Source of the DNA: Parcubacteria group bacterium
GTDB lineage: Bacteria; Patescibacteriota; Minisyncoccia; Phycocordibacterales; Phycocordibacteraceae
DNA length: 64,000 nucleotides
Direction: 5' to 3'
Assembly: GCA_028286825.1 (NCBI GenBank)
Contig: JAQBQV010000002.1
Span: 2,157 to 66,156, forward strand
Shown: positions 60,054 to 64,000 of the stretch, piece after piece
Position numbering within the stretch: the first letter of the stretch is position 1
Layout of the letters: each line of letters begins with the position of its first letter
Translations under genes and position numbers: made by a program
The notes under the pieces: generated by a model
Told to the model about the DNA's origin: nothing
Database searches by the model: none
Seen by the model: the letters and a program-made list of their open reading frames with translations, nothing else

Positions 60054-60965
60054 ATGAAAATGCCCATTAAAGTTATTGGTCTTATTGTTGCGGTAGTCGT
60101 CATTGCGCTTGTGGTACTGAAAGGTCAGTCTGCACCAACTATGAGCCAAACCGCTGAGCCTATTGCAAGCGTTCTTTATTCCTGTAATGCCGGCAAAGGA
60201 CTTGCCGTGCAGTTCTTTAAGGGAGCTGACAAGCCAGCGGCGAGTGCAGACCAGCCACCAACTCCGGGTGGTACGGCAAAGGTTTCGCTCTCAGACGGCA
60301 GAGAGTTCAATCTTACACAGACCATCTCGGCTGACGGCGGTCGGTACACGAACAGTGACGAGTCGTTCGTTTTCTGGGGCAAGGGTAACACTGCTCTTGT
60401 TTTAGAAAATAATACTGAGAAGACCTACATCGGTTGTATTCTTGTAGCTCCTGCAGCTGCTAATTTTACTGAGATTTATTCAAATAGCGGAGACGGCTTT
60501 TCGATTCGTACGCCAAAGGGCTACACGATTGATGCTGCATACCAGTACCAGTTCGGGGAAAAGAAGACGATTGCAGGTGTTAAATTCACGGTCCCCTCGG
60601 CAGTGGCAGCAGGCACAAACCTGGGTAGCAACTCTTATATAAGCGTCGAGTCCATCCCGCAAGCAAAAGACTGCAGCGCAACTGCGTTTCTTCCAAGCGC
60701 CGCCTCAAAGGGGAGTTCGGTGTATAGCTTACCTGATGGCAATTTCACCTACTCAGTCGCCACTTCTTCGGGCGCAGGTGCTGGCAACCGCTACGACGAG
60801 CTCGTCTTTGCGATTCCGGGTACGAACCCGTGTATTGCTGTCCGCTATTGGGTCCACTACTCTGTCTTTGAAAATTATCCTGCAGGCACGGTCAAACGGT
60901 TCGACGAAGTGGCGCTCTTGAATGAGTTCGATACGATCCGCCGGTCACTGGTTATTGCTCAATAA
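60054..60965 (+). CDS. membrane-anchored protein with MliC-like N-terminal domain
   Basis: YSCNAGKGLAVQFF ... SADGGRYTN.DESFVFWGKGNTA resembles the MliC lysozyme-inhibitor fold. TATACT 60040-60045 lies 8 nt upstream of the ATG. Confidence 0.6.
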   Translation: MKMPIKVIGLIVAVVVIALVVLKGQSAPTMSQTAEPIASVLYSCNAGKGLAVQFFKGADKPAASADQPPTPGGTAKVSLSDGREFNLTQTISADGGRYTNSDESFVFWGKGNTALVLENNTEKTYIGCILVAPAAANFTEIYSNSGDGFSIRTPKGYTIDAAYQYQFGEKKTIAGVKFTVPSAVAAGTNLGSNSYISVESIPQAKDCSATAFLPSAASKGSSVYSLPDGNFTYSVATSSGAGAGNRYDELVFAIPGTNPCIAVRYWVHYSVFENYPAGTVKRFDEVALLNEFDTIRRSLVIAQ

Positions 60966-60966
60966 C

Positions 60967-61515
60967 ATGCGGGGAGTGGCTGTGTTCGGGGGAGGATGTT
61001 TCTGGTGTACGGAGGCTGTATTTAAAATGCTGAAGGGCGTGGTGACCGTATTACCCGGTTACGCTGGCGGCACAACGCCGAACCCGACCTACGAAGCGGT
61101 GTGTAGCGGGCGCACGGGTCACGCTGAGGTGATCCGTATTGAGTACGACCCTGCACAGATCACCTTCAAAACACTGATGACCGTTTTCTTCGCTACCCAC
61201 GACCCAACCACGCTAAATCGCCAAGGGAACGACGTCGGTACGCAGTACCGTTCAACGATTCTTTACACCACTCCGGCGCAGAAAGAAGAGGCCGAAGCGT
61301 TTATTACTGAGATCGACGAATCAACAAGTGCGGGCAACCCGGTCGTAACAACGATCGAGCCCCTTACGGAATTTTATGAAGCGGAGAGTTATCATCAAGA
61401 CTACTTCGAGCGGAACCCTGAAAATGCGTACTGCAACCTGATCATTAGCCCAAAGGTAGAGAAGGTACAGCAGAAGTTCGCTGAGTTATTAGCTCATACA
61501 AACAATCATGCTTAA
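60967..61515 (+). CDS. msrA: peptide-methionine (S)-S-oxide reductase
   Basis: GGGCFWC active-site motif, plus GHAEVIRIEYDP and YHQDYF. Confidence 0.9.
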   Translation: MRGVAVFGGGCFWCTEAVFKMLKGVVTVLPGYAGGTTPNPTYEAVCSGRTGHAEVIRIEYDPAQITFKTLMTVFFATHDPTTLNRQGNDVGTQYRSTILYTTPAQKEEAEAFITEIDESTSAGNPVVTTIEPLTEFYEAESYHQDYFERNPENAYCNLIISPKVEKVQQKFAELLAHTNNHA

Positions 61516-61885
61516 AGATGAGGAACTGAGTCCCGAGCTACGACATGTTGCACGTGAAGGCGGCACTGAAGCGCCCTTTACGGGCAAATACGTCGACAGC
61601 CACGACGAGGGTGTGTATCGCTGCGCGATCTGCAGCACCCAACTTTTTTCCTCTGATCAGAAGTTTGACTCAGGAAGCGGCTGGCCAAGCTTCACGAATC
61701 CGGCAAACCTTAACCAAGTCGAACTGAAGACGGACGATAGTCTCGGAATGACTCGCACTGAAGTAGTCTGCAGGACCTGTGGCGCTCATTTGGGTCATGT
61801 GTTTGATGACGGGCCGCCTGAGGCAGGAGGGAAGCGCTATTGCATCAACTCGGTTTGCCTCGAGTTAGATACTACGGGGTCGTAG
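61508..61885 (+). CDS. msrB: peptide-methionine (R)-S-oxide reductase
   Basis: CxxC ... CxxC zinc site (CAIC, CRTC), GWPSF and HLGHVFDDGP. Overlaps msrA by 8 nt. Confidence 0.9.
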   Translation: MLKDEELSPELRHVAREGGTEAPFTGKYVDSHDEGVYRCAICSTQLFSSDQKFDSGSGWPSFTNPANLNQVELKTDDSLGMTRTEVVCRTCGAHLGHVFDDGPPEAGGKRYCINSVCLELDTTGS

Positions 61886-61967
61886 GTCATTTTTGACAGT
61901 TCACATCTCCATTTTGTAGCGCTTGTGCGTGGTACACTTTTACTGTTAACGACTTAACCACAAACTC

Positions 61968-62237
61968 ATGACCGAAAACGAACAGTACACGCAGCTCATT
62001 AGCGAGATCATCAAGAAACAGTCTCTCATCCTTGGTCCTGAAATCGCTATTCTAAAGGCACGCAGTGTCTCGGGCCTCATGGTCGACAACGACGGTAAGG
62101 TCACAGGCGTCGGTGATAATCCGAAGGAGACTCTCCAGAGCCTTGTCGATCAGTACGTCGAGCTCTCCGGTCTTATTGTTAAGAATGCTCTTGGCTCAAT
62201 CTTCGCCAAATATCCTGACCTCAACATAAGCAAATAA
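61968..62237 (+). CDS. hypothetical protein
   Basis: 89-aa ORF, 2 nt upstream of the next gene. Confidence 0.5.
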   Translation: MTENEQYTQLISEIIKKQSLILGPEIAILKARSVSGLMVDNDGKVTGVGDNPKETLQSLVDQYVELSGLIVKNALGSIFAKYPDLNISK

Positions 62238-62239
62238 TT

Positions 62240-62974
62240 ATGACTATAGACACACTTATTACGATCGGCTACTACGTCTCATCAATCGGTTTCCTCATCG
62301 CGACAATCGTTACCTTTGAGGCTGCTCGCAAAGCCAGTCAGTCAGGACTTAAGACGGTCCTCAATTATCTTTTTATCGGTACCGCCACTTTCTTCGTCAT
62401 CACCGTATTCCAGAAAATGGTAGCTGCTGGGGTGTATAGCATATCTGACGAGTCGCCGGATATTTGGTGGCACATCATGTTCTACCTAGCGATGTTTTCG
62501 TTTTACTTTGGCTTCAAAGCCCTTGCGCGCTTAGGAAGTGCGGACACAGACGCTACCGCTGTTTCAGCAAGCTCAGGTAAAACGTGGGGGATTATCACCG
62601 CGGTCCTCTTGGTCCTCATCTTCATTGTTCCAAACATGGCAGACGGACTCATACAGAGCTACAACGCTTCCAAATTGGCTGAACTCGGTGCACACCACTT
62701 CCTCGCCTTTGCGCTCGCGGGCGTCGTTGGGGCGTATCTCTTTAGTGCGAAGCTCTTCCTTGGTCAGGTGGGCAAGGCTATAGCTAACCCAATGATCATT
62801 GCGATATGGGCGCTCGCGGCACAGCACTTCTGGGAATTGCTCGTTGAGAGCTGGAAGGTTATTGAAGTGACGGGTGAAGTGGGCGAAGGCGTCGAAAAGA
62901 TCTTCCTTACTATTGCCGCTGTTTGCATCACATTTGCAGCGCTTCGACTTAAGTCACTCGCGAAGGCAGCATAA
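62240..62974 (+). CDS. integral membrane protein
   Basis: 244 aa with about 7 hydrophobic segments. Confidence 0.6.
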   Translation: MTIDTLITIGYYVSSIGFLIATIVTFEAARKASQSGLKTVLNYLFIGTATFFVITVFQKMVAAGVYSISDESPDIWWHIMFYLAMFSFYFGFKALARLGSADTDATAVSASSGKTWGIITAVLLVLIFIVPNMADGLIQSYNASKLAELGAHHFLAFALAGVVGAYLFSAKLFLGQVGKAIANPMIIAIWALAAQHFWELLVESWKVIEVTGEVGEGVEKIFLTIAAVCITFAALRLKSLAKAA

Positions 62975-62992
62975 CAGGGTAGTGCTCTACTC

Positions 62993-64000
62993 ATGATAAC
63001 TATTGCGTCTATAGTTATCGCTCTCGCCGCAGTTGCGGTGAGTGTGTATCTCATTTTGAAAAATCAAAAGGCTAAAGAGGTGCTCGAGAAGCGGGAGAAG
63101 GACGTGAGCCGTCGTATGTACGAACTCGCGATCTTGAAGGAATTGGGTGATCGGATCGGCTACTCGCTCGATGTGCAGCAGATCATCGATATCATCACCA
63201 ATTCGCTTCATCAGTTTATTGAGTACTCGGCGGTCTCCTATATGATCCTCGAGCCTGAGAAGGTGATCTTCAAGATGCATCTCGAACGCTCGGTGCATAG
63301 GCAATTTGTAAACGACGTTCGCGACCGGATGCTCGGCTCCCTGGGAGCTCTGCTTGATCGGGAGTTCAACAAAAAAGACGTTGAAGAAGTCCTCTCGGGA
63401 GCCATCATTATTGAGGAACTCGAGGAGCCGGTGCGCTCCTTCTTCAATATTCCACTGGTGATCGACGAGAAAGTGGTCGGGGTGCTTACCGTCGCTGATA
63501 CTAAGGAGGGTCTCTACAAAGAAGAGGAAATGACGATTCTCTACAAAATTATTCAGCAGGCTTCAAAGGCAGTGACGAGTCTTCAGGGCGTGGTGAAAAC
63601 TGAACAAGCGAAGGTGAATGCCATGGTGGAGAGTATGGAGGACGGGGTCGTGATGACCGACGCTGACTATCGTATTCTCGTTATCAACCCAGCTGCAAAG
63701 CGCGTGATCGGTCAGGAGGGTAAACAGGAGGTGACGATCTTCGACTTCATAGACAACTTAGGAGGGAAGATGGACATACGTGGCCGTCTTGAGGAGAGCG
63801 TAAAGCTCAAGAAGACGTACATGTCTGAGCGCTTTGAGGTCCACAATAAGTTTTATCAGGCTTTTGTCTTCCCCGTAAAAACGATGTCGAACTTAAGCGA
63901 AGGCGAAGTACTAGGTGGTGTGGTGATCTTCCATGATGTGACGCATGAGGTCGAGCTTGAACGAGTGCGCGACGATTTCACCTCGATGATCGTGCACGAG
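62993..64000 (+). CDS. sensor histidine kinase (TM + GAF-like + PAS-like + HisKA start), 3' end outside window
   Basis: Not in the track because it has no stop in the window. The frame is open from ATG 62993 to nt 64000. It has an N-terminal TM segment, a PAS-like region (MVESMEDGVVMTDADYRILVINPAA) and ends in the H-box start FTSMIVHE. Confidence 0.8.
   Translation, partial: MITIASIVIALAAVAVSVYLILKNQKAKEVLEKREKDVSRRMYELAILKELGDRIGYSLDVQQIIDIITNSLHQFIEYSAVSYMILEPEKVIFKMHLERSVHRQFVNDVRDRMLGSLGALLDREFNKKDVEEVLSGAIIIEELEEPVRSFFNIPLVIDEKVVGVLTVADTKEGLYKEEEMTILYKIIQQASKAVTSLQGVVKTEQAKVNAMVESMEDGVVMTDADYRILVINPAAKRVIGQEGKQEVTIFDFIDNLGGKMDIRGRLEESVKLKKTYMSERFEVHNKFYQAFVFPVKTMSNLSEGEVLGGVVIFHDVTHEVELERVRDDFTSMIVHE

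Overview
Bacterial chromosomal window with about 83 plausible protein genes. I found no rRNA, tRNA, CRISPR array, transposase or integrase by eye. The gene content is dominated by small secreted or membrane proteins, large surface proteins (an S8 protease, an FN3/SH3b protein, a PKD/beta-propeller protein), a type IV pilin-like gene, small detoxification-type enzymes (VOC/PhnB, GFA, DHFR-like, YdeI), a lexA-like/Y-family polymerase pair and msrA-msrB. This resembles a small-genome, uncultivated lineage such as Patescibacteria, but that placement is inference only. Four features stand out. (1) A conserved ~30-nt intergenic motif, GGTTCCCACGTCGTACCAGACGGCCAGCTCG, always on the + strand, occurs at least 16 times. 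Nine copies punctuate a co-oriented array of unrelated single-gene modules at 0.4-5.65 kb. Some copies are split into left and right halves by hairpin-forming inserts, and one ~61-nt insert is nearly identical at two loci 49 kb apart. (2) Most genes carry a TAnnnT -10 box 6-8 nt upstream of the ATG and have no Shine-Dalgarno sequence, so leaderless architecture is pervasive. Shine-Dalgarno-led genes are concentrated in 36.6-37.3 kb and 38.5-50.3 kb. (3) An AT-rich ~6.4-kb restriction-modification/defence island (Z1-domain ATPase, C5 cytosine methyltransferase, a truncated RecF/OLD-like ATPase remnant, a membrane-anchored Mrr-cat nuclease) is bracketed by two copies of a 27-nt palindromic repeat. 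(4) An 18-bp perfect palindrome overlaps the leaderless promoter of the lexA-like/polymerase operon. All product calls come from motifs read by eye in the translations; no database search was possible.
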